DNA of 64,000 nt. Origin: Bythopirellula sp. (GTDB taxonomy: Bacteria; Planctomycetota; Planctomycetia; Pirellulales; Lacipirellulaceae). The notes below the pieces were generated by a model. That model worked only from the letters and a program-made list of their open reading frames with translations, was not told where the DNA came from and made no database searches. Position 1 is the first letter of the stretch. Each line of letters begins with the position of its first letter. The DNA is taken from the NCBI GenBank assembly GCA_965216565.1, contig OZ244170.1:3584001-3648000 (forward strand), given 5' to 3'. Shown in pieces: positions 38,342-48,534 of this stretch. Both the position numbers and the translations under genes were made by a program.

Positions 38342-39715
38342 TCACGCCGCCGAGGCGGCTTTTCTTCGTTCCCACCAACCAGCACTGATTTTCGAAAGTG
38401 CGATACGGTCTTCCAGGTTGGGCCGAAAGATGGTGAGCAGTAGCAACGGCAAGTACCAGGCGATAAAGATGCCGCCGTTATAGGCATGCCAGAATTGGGC
38501 CGCCAGCATGATTGCCGCCGAGCCAGAAATCAATGTGCCCAGGTTCTTCTGCAAGGGCCACACGGTGTAGCTAAAAGAGAGACCCACAAAGGCCGCCAAT
38601 AGTGGATAGCGGTAATAGTGGCTCCAGGTTGTCCAAATTCCTTCCAGCATCGCAGCGGTCGGCGAGCGGAGGCCAAACATTTGCAGTACGCGTTCGAAGA
38701 ACATTTCGAGACTGGTCGCTGTAAATGCCAGAGTGCCGATTAAAACAACAATCATCAACAGCACACCAAAAACGAATCGTTTGACTCCGCGCTCCCAATA
38801 AAAGCTACACCACAAGGGAACCAGAAACACAGGGTAGTAAATTGTCCCGGAAGCCAAACCTACGAGCATGCCTGCCCACAGCGGATAGCGATACAACACG
38901 ACCGCCCACACCAGAAGCGACCCTGGTAAAGCATGCAGCACATCGCCGGTCCAGAGGGCCGTGTAAGGCAGCATCAAATATAATGTCGCCACGGCAATTC
39001 CACCGGTCAGGCTTTCGAAGTGCCAACGACCGATGACGATCACGCCCAGGACGATCATCGTATGCGACAGAATCGCCATCACCCGAGCGGTTGCCTCGTG
39101 GACTTTCCTGCGCTGAATGTCTTCTTGCTCGTCGACAGTGGCTGTGGACTTACCTTCTTCAGCCGAGATAATCCGCTGCGTGGCAATTCGCGGCATCGTA
39201 TAGATAAGCCAGAATCCCGGTCCATCCGTAGTGAAACTGTCCGACTCTGTCTGCTCGATATCTTGTTCGCCTTCGGCGCGAATCTCTTCTACCTGCCGAG
39301 CGGGCGACAGATCGCTTGCGCCGGGACGACCCGTCACCACATTGGCCATCAGGAAAAACATCAGAAAGCTGCCCATGAAAAACAGCCCTGCCGAATTCAG
39401 ATTGGGCTCTAGCAGCGGTCGTCGCACCATCGCCGTGTCGAGTAGCAATCGCAATAAGAGCACCCCTCCAGCGACAAACAGCCATAAGAATCCTAAGTAC
39501 TCGATCTCCATCGAACGTTGTACGAGATCGATATTCTCCCAAGCCCATTGCACTAAGAGCAAACCAGGTGCGAGTGAGATCAGCAGAAACAGGTCGACGT
39601 TCCTCAAGCTCCAAATTCGATTGAACTTGAAGTACAAGGCCAACATCAACAGCGACGAGAGATAAGCCCAACTTGTGGGATTCACTCGTTCATATTGGAA
39701 TAGGATTTCTGCCAT
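38342..39715 (-). CDS. Multi-pass membrane protein (GT-C-like)
   Basis: 457 aa with more than 10 hydrophobic segments. Confidence 0.65.
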   Translation of the reverse strand: MAEILFQYERVNPTSWAYLSSLLMLALYFKFNRIWSLRNVDLFLLISLAPGLLLVQWAWENIDLVQRSMEIEYLGFLWLFVAGGVLLLRLLLDTAMVRRPLLEPNLNSAGLFFMGSFLMFFLMANVVTGRPGASDLSPARQVEEIRAEGEQDIEQTESDSFTTDGPGFWLIYTMPRIATQRIISAEEGKSTATVDEQEDIQRRKVHEATARVMAILSHTMIVLGVIVIGRWHFESLTGGIAVATLYLMLPYTALWTGDVLHALPGSLLVWAVVLYRYPLWAGMLVGLASGTIYYPVFLVPLWCSFYWERGVKRFVFGVLLMIVVLIGTLAFTATSLEMFFERVLQMFGLRSPTAAMLEGIWTTWSHYYRYPLLAAFVGLSFSYTVWPLQKNLGTLISGSAAIMLAAQFWHAYNGGIFIAWYLPLLLLTIFRPNLEDRIALSKISAGWWERRKAASAA

Positions 39716-40142
39716 ACCGTATCAAACAGCGTCCGCGTGCCTTGTGAGAATAGAGTATTACCAAAGCACCTAGTTGCGCTCTGTGGACCTTGTCTTTGCG
39801 GAAGACAAATTGCATCAAATCTAAAGGACGCCTAGTCCTGCAGCGATATACCAGGAGTCGAAAAATAGGAACTGGCTCGACGCGTAAACTCGGTTTGAAC
39901 CGCCTGGCGGGAAATGGGGACAGGCACCTGATTGCGGCAACGCGTAAACGGTTTCTACGTAAGACTTCGCAATCACGAGCCAGTCCCCATTTCAAGTTCA
40001 CATTGCGCTGGAGGACTCGACTCTCTTAGGATAAGCACTACAAGTAGAGTTGCAACTGGAAATGAGAGAACCTAGGCCGCACAAGAGCTTTGACGACAGT
40101 GGTTTAGGCAAAGCTCTCTCCGCACCTGCACCACGCTTCGAG

Positions 40143-41360
40143 CTAACTACTTACCACTTCCAGCCTGGTTCTGGCCATGGTTGCCCAAGGGCTCTCAGGA
40201 GCCAATTCCAAGAACATCTGCCAGTGCGCCTCTGCTTCGTCCGAGGAGCCTAGACGATCGAGAAGACTCGCCAAGTGATAGTGCACGTCGGCGTATTCAG
40301 GATGGATTGCTAGTGCTCCCTGAAAGGCCGCCAAGGCCAACTCTAGCTCATCGTTCTCTACGAGCACACATCCCAAACTGGCTCGTGCTTCGACGTATTC
40401 TTCATCCAACTCGATGGCCATGTAATAGCGCTCGCGAGCTGCGGAGAGATCGCCCCGACGATACAGTAGATCGGCCAACGAAAAGTGATTTTCGGGCGTC
40501 TGATCTCCTGCCACCAGCAAGGTGCGATAAACTTCTGCCGCTTTGTCGAGTTCGCCTTCGTCTTCCCACTGTTGGGCACTCTGTTGCAACATCTCCGCAG
40601 TAGGTATCGATTCCTCCCCGGATGTGTCAATTTCCAGCACCGGCGCTGCTTCGAATCTCAAGGCCGGTTGTTGCTCATCTTCTTCGATCTTATCGAAGTC
40701 AATCAGCAGTTGCCCGCCCGGTTCGGCTAAGTCGTCTCCCCGCCGAAGAAACAAGCGCGACCCTTCCACCACGATTGCAGGATCTGCCAGGGGTCGATCG
40801 GAATCGGGACACAGCTTATTCAGCTCGCCAAGCTTTCGCTCGATGACATGCAGAGAGCAGCCATCATGAAGCAGTGCTGCCAAATGACGGGCAATGGCCA
40901 CTTCTTGAAAATCAAAGTAGGGCAAGCGGCGAACCATTCGGCACGCCTCGAGAGCGCCGCATCGATGCCACCGTCGGATGGCTGCGATGGGGGCTTCCAC
41001 CAAGTCGGCCAACATGGCTGGTGTATAGAGTTGCCGCACTCCTTGGGTTTGGTCAACGAGGCCTAGTCGCTCCCAAAACTCAGATTCTTTCACGACCTCG
41101 GCATCGTGTAACGCGGATTTGTCTGCCCACATTGAGGGTGCTGACTTGTCGTTCCCTAAGGCAGCGGCCAAATCTGCGTGCTCGTCGCCAATCACTATCA
41201 GTGTAGGCAGGGTTTGCTCGCTTGAGACCACTTCGCCGCTACGCTCGGCAATCAATTTCTTCGCCTCACGGCGCGACATTCCCGATAGCCGACCGACCAG
41301 CGCTACACGCTGATTTGCGAGCGTTTGCTTCTCGGATGTGTGTTCTTGCGCACTCGACAT
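40143..41360 (-). CDS. BRCT-like + MerR-HTH + TPR protein
   Basis: VALVGRLSGMSRREA..LI...G, YTPAMLADLV....IRRW and C-terminal TPRs. Confidence 0.75.
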   Translation of the reverse strand: MSSAQEHTSEKQTLANQRVALVGRLSGMSRREAKKLIAERSGEVVSSEQTLPTLIVIGDEHADLAAALGNDKSAPSMWADKSALHDAEVVKESEFWERLGLVDQTQGVRQLYTPAMLADLVEAPIAAIRRWHRCGALEACRMVRRLPYFDFQEVAIARHLAALLHDGCSLHVIERKLGELNKLCPDSDRPLADPAIVVEGSRLFLRRGDDLAEPGGQLLIDFDKIEEDEQQPALRFEAAPVLEIDTSGEESIPTAEMLQQSAQQWEDEGELDKAAEVYRTLLVAGDQTPENHFSLADLLYRRGDLSAARERYYMAIELDEEYVEARASLGCVLVENDELELALAAFQGALAIHPEYADVHYHLASLLDRLGSSDEAEAHWQMFLELAPESPWATMARTRLEVVSS

Positions 41361-41472
41361 GATATCCCAATAGAAAGACGACCCTCAGCCAAGTAGGTAG
41401 TCTCTAACAGGGCCGCGCGAGTGTCAACGAGGCGTTGCAAAGTGCTGCGAAACTGCGGGAATGCAGCGGCGC

Positions 41473-42738
41473 CTAGCGAGCCTCGTTGCTGACCAAGGCA
41501 AATAGCTTCGGCTCGTTGGCCGATTCGGCTAGCTGGGTGTCGTCCGCTCCCAGAGTTCCTGCCGGCTCGTTTTGGGCACAGCAGGCGTCGCAGACGGGCA
41601 CTTTCATCATGATCGTTCGCGGCACACGATATGTGTAGGTGACGGGTACTTTACGGCAAACCTTGCGAGAGACATTAACCGTCTCCTGCTTCTCCATCAT
41701 TCGACAAACGCGCACCTCGTAAGGCTCGACCCGTTCCTCCTGCACATAGCGGCATACCGTGTACGGCACCTTGCGGCAACGCTCTTCGGTGACCATCCGG
41801 CAAACACGCACGGGAACCTTACGTTCCACACGCTCGACGACCTGACGACAAACCGAATACGGCACCTTGCGACAACGCTCTTCAGTAACCATGCGGCAAA
41901 CCTGCACAGGAACCTTACGTGTCACTCGTTCTGGCACCATGCGACAGACTTGCACGGGGACCTTCTGGACCACTTCTTGTGGACAGTGTTCGGTAATGGG
42001 CACTTGGCAAGCAACCAAATTTGGCCGCCAAACACGCTGCACCACCTGCTGAGGTGGAGCCTGTACATTAGCCCAGACAAAACCGGGACGCTGATACTGC
42101 AACGTGCCCGAAACTGGATTGACTACCTGGGTTCCAGGCATCCAGGTCAGGCCCCGTCGCGCGGGAGCGGCAGGCTGCACCGCGGCTACCTGATTGACAT
42201 AACAACCGCGGTCGGCATACCGCGTAACATAGCGTGTTACAGGACGCATCACGGTGTAGCGACGCTCTCGACACTCGGTTTCTACGACCTGCCGCATGAC
42301 CGTATAGCACTCTTCACGCTCTGCGGTCTCCCAGACGGGACGTTGCACAGTGTATCGCTCTTCGCGTTCAGCAGTTTCGATGATATTTCGCACACGGTTG
42401 TAGCTGCAGTCACGCATTTGAGTCTCAAAAACAGGTCGCTGGACCGTGTATCGCTCTTCGCGGACGTTCGTTTCATGTACCGGGCGAGTCACTGTATAGC
42501 GGCGCTCACGGCACTCTGTTTCCCACACCGGCACTTTGCGTGTGACTTGCATTTGCTCGCAGACCGTATCCTCAACTAGACGATAGGCGGTCACCTGCCG
42601 TTCTTCGAATACAGTTTGACATTGCACCTGATAAGCGGGCCCACACGTGGCGCACTGCGCCCGTGCTTCCCCTGGAGCTACGATCCCGAACATGCACGCC
42701 AATGCGGCGCACCCTAACAAGCAGCTCGTGCTGTTCAT
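41473..42738 (-). CDS. Cys/Val-rich YTV-like repeat protein (planctomycete envelope)
   Basis: Signal peptide; 22-aa repeats RYTV.RPV.ET and RKVP..VCRMV.E. Confidence 0.75.
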   Translation of the reverse strand: MNSTSCLLGCAALACMFGIVAPGEARAQCATCGPAYQVQCQTVFEERQVTAYRLVEDTVCEQMQVTRKVPVWETECRERRYTVTRPVHETNVREERYTVQRPVFETQMRDCSYNRVRNIIETAEREERYTVQRPVWETAEREECYTVMRQVVETECRERRYTVMRPVTRYVTRYADRGCYVNQVAAVQPAAPARRGLTWMPGTQVVNPVSGTLQYQRPGFVWANVQAPPQQVVQRVWRPNLVACQVPITEHCPQEVVQKVPVQVCRMVPERVTRKVPVQVCRMVTEERCRKVPYSVCRQVVERVERKVPVRVCRMVTEERCRKVPYTVCRYVQEERVEPYEVRVCRMMEKQETVNVSRKVCRKVPVTYTYRVPRTIMMKVPVCDACCAQNEPAGTLGADDTQLAESANEPKLFALVSNEAR

Positions 42739-43100
42739 ACCAATAAACCCCTGCGTGTTTTGATAAGACCGGGCGAAGGTTAAGTGAAATCTGTTCGCCT
42801 GAAAAAGTCCCTCTAGATTAGTGTTGCGGACAAACACCCCGAGGGCAAATTTCCATTGGCACTGAAATTCACTGCTAGCGGCTGGATTCCTACGAACCGC
42901 TAGCGCACGAAATCGTCCGTTTCTCGCACTATTTCAATCTGAACGGGCAAGTGGAGAACGATCAATGGGTCCGACGAACTGAGGAAAGAATTTCCCGATC
43001 GGCACGCGCCACATTCGTCATAATCGTTACAGCTTCACAGAATCTATGCGCTGCAAGCAAGAAAACCAGGGAACTCCATATTTCCCCTTAAGTGGAGCCG

Positions 43101-44171
43101 TCATGGCGAGGCCTTCAATTCCGCAAGTACCTCACGAGCCTGCTCCACCAGAGCTTTCAGGGAGCGGTCGTAATTGTCCCATTCAGGAGCCGTTGCGATG
43201 AATTCCTCGATGGCGGCCGACAGCCGAGGGAGCTCTTCCTCTGGATTCTTCTCGTGAATTGTGCTGGCGCTCTCCAAAGCATTGCGAATTATCGTGTTCC
43301 GCTTATAAGTTTGACGACCCGGCGACTGCTCGCGCGAGACACTTGTTTCAATAGCATCGCGGTCGAGCATCTCGCGAATCGCTCCTAACGACTTGAGACT
43401 CCCCTGTCGTGCTAAAGCTAAGGCAGCGTTGTAGCGAGTGTCTGTATGCAAATCGTCGACTAGCTTTTCTAATTCCGCGGTCAACTGCGCATCGGCTTCG
43501 TCATGCTGGGTAATCACGCCCAATGCGTAAGCCGTCTGCGAGCGGATCAGATCGTCTGGTTGATTGGCCAGTTCCACAAAGGTCTGCACAAGGTCGGGAT
43601 GCTCGGGCGCCACGGGCTCGTCCCCTTCGAGTGCCGTTTGTGCCCGGACGGCAATGGCGTCAATCGCGGCACGTTGGACACCAGGATCAACATCTTCCCG
43701 AGCCGCAGTAAGCAGCTCTTCCAGTCCCTCGGGAACCTTAAAGGCTCCCAGTGCCGAGCAAAGAAACATCCGCAGCTTCACCGAGTTTTCATCCGTCTGT
43801 TCTGCTTCGATTTGCTCCGCCAAGAGTGTGGCCAACTCGCTCGCGAGTTTTTCATTTCTTTTTAGCTTTGGGTACCGCTGTTCGACCCGCAACATATTGG
43901 CCAGTTCATAAGCCTCCTGCCAACGATTCTGATTCGAGCTACGCAGCTTCTCAACCATGGCGGTCGGATCTTCCCCGCTACTGGTGGCCAAGCTCGTCAC
44001 AAGCCACCATACTCCGACGACGAACATCACAATGATAGCCGGCACCACAAACAACTGGATCAAGAATCGCGCATTGGGCGGCTCGACCGGCGGTAGCAAA
44101 GGCTCGTCTGGCAGGGAAGAATTTCCGTCAGTTCCTGGGTTTGCTTCTGAATCAGGTGGGTTGGATGACAT
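43101..44171 (-). CDS. Membrane-anchored HEAT-repeat protein
   Basis: Single TM segment; R..AAYALG and RYNAALALAR repeats. Confidence 0.75.
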   Translation of the reverse strand: MSSNPPDSEANPGTDGNSSLPDEPLLPPVEPPNARFLIQLFVVPAIIVMFVVGVWWLVTSLATSSGEDPTAMVEKLRSSNQNRWQEAYELANMLRVEQRYPKLKRNEKLASELATLLAEQIEAEQTDENSVKLRMFLCSALGAFKVPEGLEELLTAAREDVDPGVQRAAIDAIAVRAQTALEGDEPVAPEHPDLVQTFVELANQPDDLIRSQTAYALGVITQHDEADAQLTAELEKLVDDLHTDTRYNAALALARQGSLKSLGAIREMLDRDAIETSVSREQSPGRQTYKRNTIIRNALESASTIHEKNPEEELPRLSAAIEEFIATAPEWDNYDRSLKALVEQAREVLAELKASP

Positions 44172-44303
44172 CGTGCTTGATGGGAGGATGAAAATAGCGT
44201 GGCATGAATTTGGGCGGCTGGGCCGATTGCCCGAACCTCCTAGAGTATCATGTCGGTTGCATCCGGACGAGTACCGCCCCCAGAACCCTCTGGCTCTTTT
44301 GAA

Positions 44304-45035
44304 ATGCTATTGCTAAATCAGACGCTGCCAACCCCTGCGGAGAACCTTGCGCTGGACGAAGCGCTCTTGGAAATGGCGGAGGCTGGTGGACTTCCAGGCG
44401 GCGTGCTGCGGATGTGGGAATCACCCACCTATTTTGTCGTGTTGGGACGCAGTTCCAAGGCCGAGATTGAAATCGACTTGGAAACTTGCCGACGCGAAGG
44501 TGTGCCCATCTATCGCCGACCCAGCGGCGGGGGGACAGTTATCTCCGGACCTGGCTGCATTTCTTATGCGGTGGTTCTAGATTTTGAATCGCTCCCCCAT
44601 CTCCGGGCCATCGACGAAGCGCATCAATATGTCCTAGGCCGAGTCTGCAAGGCACTAGTCAAACTTATGCCAAACATCGCCCGCGCGGGCACCAGCGACT
44701 TGGTCATGACTTCCGACGACGACAGACATCGAAAATTCTCCGGAAACGCGCTCCGCATGAAACGCAACCATTTTCTGTACCACGGAACACTGCTGTACGA
44801 TCTTTCGCTAAAACTAGTCGACCGCCTCTTGGCGACTCCCACGCGTACACCTGAGTATCGGGAGGGTCGAAGTCACGCCGAATTCATCACCAATTTGCCG
44901 CTGGATCGCAACACGATCGAGTCGGCTATGATCGAAGAGTGGGAAGCGAAAGAACCCTTTACCGAGGCACCCTGGCAACGAACTACCGAACTGGCAGACG
45001 AGAAGTATAATGAGCTGCCCAACCCTGCCCAATAA
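44304..45035 (+). CDS. Lipoate-protein ligase A family protein
   Basis: NLALDEALL, RRPSGGGTV, KFSGNA and YHGTLL motifs. Confidence 0.88.
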   Translation: MLLLNQTLPTPAENLALDEALLEMAEAGGLPGGVLRMWESPTYFVVLGRSSKAEIEIDLETCRREGVPIYRRPSGGGTVISGPGCISYAVVLDFESLPHLRAIDEAHQYVLGRVCKALVKLMPNIARAGTSDLVMTSDDDRHRKFSGNALRMKRNHFLYHGTLLYDLSLKLVDRLLATPTRTPEYREGRSHAEFITNLPLDRNTIESAMIEEWEAKEPFTEAPWQRTTELADEKYNELPNPAQ

Positions 45036-45065
45036 TTATGATTCACAGGGGGCCAACGGCTCACA

Positions 45066-45635
45066 ATGCATCGCCAACCGCTGCAAACAATGCTTGACCT
45101 CTACGCGGACTCCTACCGCGACGAACTAGAAATGGTCGATCGCATTCGGCGATTGGTCACGGCTCACGACGATTGCTTCGAGCGGACTTGTCGGCCTGGA
45201 CACATCACGGGCTCGGCGTGGATTCTGTCTCATGATCGTACGCAGTGTTTGTTGGTACACCATCGCAAGCTCAATCGCTGGTTGCAACCGGGAGGCCACG
45301 CGGACGGCCAAACCGACGTAGCGGATGTTGCGCTTCGCGAAGCCGAGGAGGAGACCGGTCTCACAAAGCTGGAATTGGCACTGAGCAGTGGGCAGGTCGT
45401 GCCATTGGACGTCGATGTGCATCTGATTCCTGCACGCCTGGATGAACTGGGAAACGAAATTGAATCCGCCCACGAGCATCACGACATTCGATTCTTGCTT
45501 GTTGCTGAACCCGACCAACCGCTGGTTCTCAGCGATGAGTCTCACGATCTACGCTGGTTTTCCAAGGATGAGTTGCTAGAGGCCACAGATGAGGAGAGCG
45601 TGCTTCGTATGCAGCGTAAGGCAGGGCCGCGGTGA
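45066..45635 (+). CDS. NUDIX hydrolase
   Basis: GHITGSA and WLQPGGHAD...ALREAEEETG motifs. Confidence 0.9.
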   Translation: MHRQPLQTMLDLYADSYRDELEMVDRIRRLVTAHDDCFERTCRPGHITGSAWILSHDRTQCLLVHHRKLNRWLQPGGHADGQTDVADVALREAEEETGLTKLELALSSGQVVPLDVDVHLIPARLDELGNEIESAHEHHDIRFLLVAEPDQPLVLSDESHDLRWFSKDELLEATDEESVLRMQRKAGPR

Positions 45636-45745
45636 GCAAAACGCCGCCGCTTCTCAACTGCCCATTGCCGTGTTAATTTAGTTGTTGAAAATACAGGCTT
45701 GATTGCAAAGCCCATTCCCTCAGCATTAGCCCCTACAGAAAACCT

Positions 45746-46189
45746 ATGTCCACCGGATTCGGTCTCACCAAGATTAGCCGCGACGAACTCCCAGAAGGCG
45801 AAGTGCTGTGCGAGTATTGCACCGCCAAGTGCTGCCGCTACTTCGCCCTACCTATCGAAACGCCGGAGGACTATGGCGACTTCGAATACATCCGTTGGTA
45901 CCTTCTCCACGATCGAGCTAGTATTTTTAAGGAAGACGACGATTGGTATCTGCTGGTGCACACCACCTGCAAGCATCTGGGTGAAAATAATATGTGTGGC
46001 ATCTACGAGACGCGCCCGCAAATTTGCCGCGACTACACAACTAAGAATTGTGAGTACGAAGACGAGTGGACCTACGAGTTCTATCTAGAAACGCCAGAGC
46101 AGGTCCACGATTACACCGAAGCCGTGGTACAGCCCAAAGGAAAAAGCATTCGCAGTCGCAAGCCCGAGTTGTTGCCGGTGATTGGCTGA
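45746..46189 (+). CDS. YkgJ-family Cys-cluster protein
   Basis: CEYCTAKCC, CKHL and CGIYETRPQICR motifs. Confidence 0.85.
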   Translation: MSTGFGLTKISRDELPEGEVLCEYCTAKCCRYFALPIETPEDYGDFEYIRWYLLHDRASIFKEDDDWYLLVHTTCKHLGENNMCGIYETRPQICRDYTTKNCEYEDEWTYEFYLETPEQVHDYTEAVVQPKGKSIRSRKPELLPVIG

Positions 46190-46315
46190 TCGTTGTCAGT
46201 CGACTGTAGGCCGTAGGCAGTAGCCAGTTGTGAGCACTCCACGGCTTGGATTTATCTGCGTCGCTCCTTAAGCACACTTCAACATTCAAACTTCACTCAT
46301 CGAACTTCTCCCCGC

Positions 46316-47653
46316 ATGGCTGATCGAATCAAACCCCGCACGCTCAAGGGATTTAGGGACTATCCACCCGCGGCAATGATTCCGCGCGAGGCGATCATCG
46401 AGACGGCTCGTCGGGTGTATCGCTCCTATGGGTTCAGCCCGATCGATACGCCGGCGCTCGAACACCTGGAGATTCTCACTGGCAAGGGCAGCGAAGAGAC
46501 CGATAAACAGCTTTATCGGTTCGAAGACCACGGTGGTCGCCAAGTGGGCCTGCGATTCGATTTGACGGTGCCTCTTGCTCGTTTTGTCTCGCAACACATT
46601 CAAGATCTGGGGACGCCTTTCAAGCGCTATCAGATCGCCACAGTGTGGCGCGGCGAGAACACCCAACGCGGTCGTTATCGCGAGTTCATGCAGTGCGACT
46701 TCGATACCATCGGCACTACGAGCACCACCGCTGACATCGAAACCGTGCTGATTGTGAACGATCTACTGGTGGCGATTGGTTTCAACGAGTTCACGATCCG
46801 GGTCAACAACCGACTGGTCCTCAATGGTCTATTGGAAAAAGAGGGACTCTCCGACAAGAGCGGCGCCGTCCTGAGGGCATTGGATAAACTCGGAAAGATC
46901 GGCCCGGAAGGGGTCACCAAAGAGCTGACTGATAAAGTGGGAACCTCCGCCGACCAAGCCGAAAATGTTCTGCAATTGGCGAACCTCACTGGCACGAATG
47001 CCGAGATGCTCGAGGCATTGAAGCCGCTGCTGGGAGACAACGAGACAGGTGGGCGCGGTTTAGCGCAGCTTACAGAATTGATTGAAGCAGTCTCTGCGGC
47101 AGGTGTCCCAGCCGAACGGGTGCAGCTAGATGTCTCGATCGCTCGCGGGCTGGACTACTACACCGGCATGGTGATCGAAACGTTTCTTGGCGAACTCCCA
47201 GAAATCGGTAGCGTCTGCAGTGGCGGCCGTTACGACAATTTGGCGGAGCTCTACACCAGTCAACAATTGCCCGGCGTGGGGGCTTCGCTAGGGTTAGATC
47301 GATTGCTGGCAGCCATGGAAGAGCTGGGCCGTATCGAACCGAAGCAGACTCCCGCAGAAGTTTTTGTTCCGCTGTTCGTCGCCGAGCGGAGGGACGATTA
47401 TTTGCGACTGGCCTCGCAACTGCGTAACGCTGGGCTGGGCGTTGAACTCTATCCCGAAGCGAAAAAATTGGGCAAGCAATTGCAATATGCCAACCGCCGT
47501 GGATTTCCGATCGCATTAGTTCTAGGTGATGAGGAATTCTCCGCAGGTAAATGCCAGGTCAAGAATCTTACGACCGGCGAAAGCACCACGGTCGTTTTGG
47601 AAGACGATGTCTCTGCGATTGCGGCAGAAATCCGCGGCCAATTGGCCCTGTGA
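46316..47653 (+). CDS. hisS: Histidine--tRNA ligase
   Basis: KGFRD, LRFDLT, GRYREFMQCDFD, ARGLDYYTG and GGRYD motifs. Confidence 0.96.
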   Translation: MADRIKPRTLKGFRDYPPAAMIPREAIIETARRVYRSYGFSPIDTPALEHLEILTGKGSEETDKQLYRFEDHGGRQVGLRFDLTVPLARFVSQHIQDLGTPFKRYQIATVWRGENTQRGRYREFMQCDFDTIGTTSTTADIETVLIVNDLLVAIGFNEFTIRVNNRLVLNGLLEKEGLSDKSGAVLRALDKLGKIGPEGVTKELTDKVGTSADQAENVLQLANLTGTNAEMLEALKPLLGDNETGGRGLAQLTELIEAVSAAGVPAERVQLDVSIARGLDYYTGMVIETFLGELPEIGSVCSGGRYDNLAELYTSQQLPGVGASLGLDRLLAAMEELGRIEPKQTPAEVFVPLFVAERRDDYLRLASQLRNAGLGVELYPEAKKLGKQLQYANRRGFPIALVLGDEEFSAGKCQVKNLTTGESTTVVLEDDVSAIAAEIRGQLAL

Positions 47654-47745
47654 TCCGAGAAGTGTGACAAGCACTTGTCACCGCAAGTCCAGCATTCTCT
47701 ATGAGGTGTTTCCCCCGCCTCCACTAAAATCAAGCCGGCCCCTCT

Positions 47746-48360
47746 GTGATTTCCGATCCATGTTTTGCCCCCTGCTCCATGAGCCCTTCCCCAGTGACCA
47801 AGCGCAGCAATCACTACGAATCGGCGTTCGAAGGCTATCTCCGCAAGCACAAGATCGCCTACGTGGCGGTCGACGAAAAACGACGGAGCGTCGTATCGCA
47901 AGGCTCGGGGACACTTAAGAATCTCGATTTCATCGTCTCGCCCAGCGATTCAGTTTCACTTCCGATCGACATCAAAGGGCGTCGCTTCCCTTCTGGCACG
48001 AAGAACAAACAATATTGGCGGAACTGGTCGACTTGGGACGACCTAGATAGTCTCGCTCGCTGGCAAGAGAAACTCAGCCCCGGCAGTTGCGGCCTGTTGG
48101 TTTTTGCCTTCGACGTGGTCGGTAGTCGTTCACCGATTGAAGTGGAAAGGCTTTTTCCATTCCGCGACCGCTGGTACGCGTTTCTGGCCGTTCGGGTGGC
48201 TGACTACATTCAGTTCTCTCGACCGCTCTCCGCCAAGTGGAACACCGTGGCCATGCCTGTCCCGCTGTTTCGGCAGGCCGCTTTTCCTTTTGACGACATT
48301 CTGCAGGGGGAATCCTGCCATGGGAAACTGCCGGTCGACTCGCTCCATACCAGCGATTAA
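47746..48360 (+). CDS. HYExAFE family protein (PD-(D/E)XK-like); true start probably slightly downstream
   Basis: NHYESAFE, LDFIV and IDIKGRRF motifs. Confidence 0.8.
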   Translation: MISDPCFAPCSMSPSPVTKRSNHYESAFEGYLRKHKIAYVAVDEKRRSVVSQGSGTLKNLDFIVSPSDSVSLPIDIKGRRFPSGTKNKQYWRNWSTWDDLDSLARWQEKLSPGSCGLLVFAFDVVGSRSPIEVERLFPFRDRWYAFLAVRVADYIQFSRPLSAKWNTVAMPVPLFRQAAFPFDDILQGESCHGKLPVDSLHTSD

Positions 48361-48361
48361 A

Positions 48362-48391
48362 CTAGAGACAGCTGATTGACCGCTGTCTCTA
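48362..48391. terminator. Hairpin between convergent genes
   Basis: TAGAGACAGC-N9-GCTGTCTCTA. Confidence 0.55.
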
Positions 48392-48534
48392 CCAAGAAAG
48401 AACTAACCTATGGCTTGGGCCGTCGTCCTACTCTGTATTATTCTTGGCTCGTTTAGCGCGCTGCGTTCAAGCGGGCGAAAGACGGACTTCCGTCGCACCA
48501 AAGAAATCGATTAGTCGGCTGAGCAAGAATCAGC

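Noticed and set aside
41572..42579. 335-aa His/Thr-rich repetitive ORF, and a possible CRISPR-like periodicity
   Set aside because: Antisense of the YTV-like repeat gene; the periodicity is protein-coding and has no identical repeats with unique spacers
42855..42910. Sigma-54-like TGGCAC site and a hairpin upstream of the YTV-like gene
   Set aside because: Wrong strand for that gene and a poor -12 element
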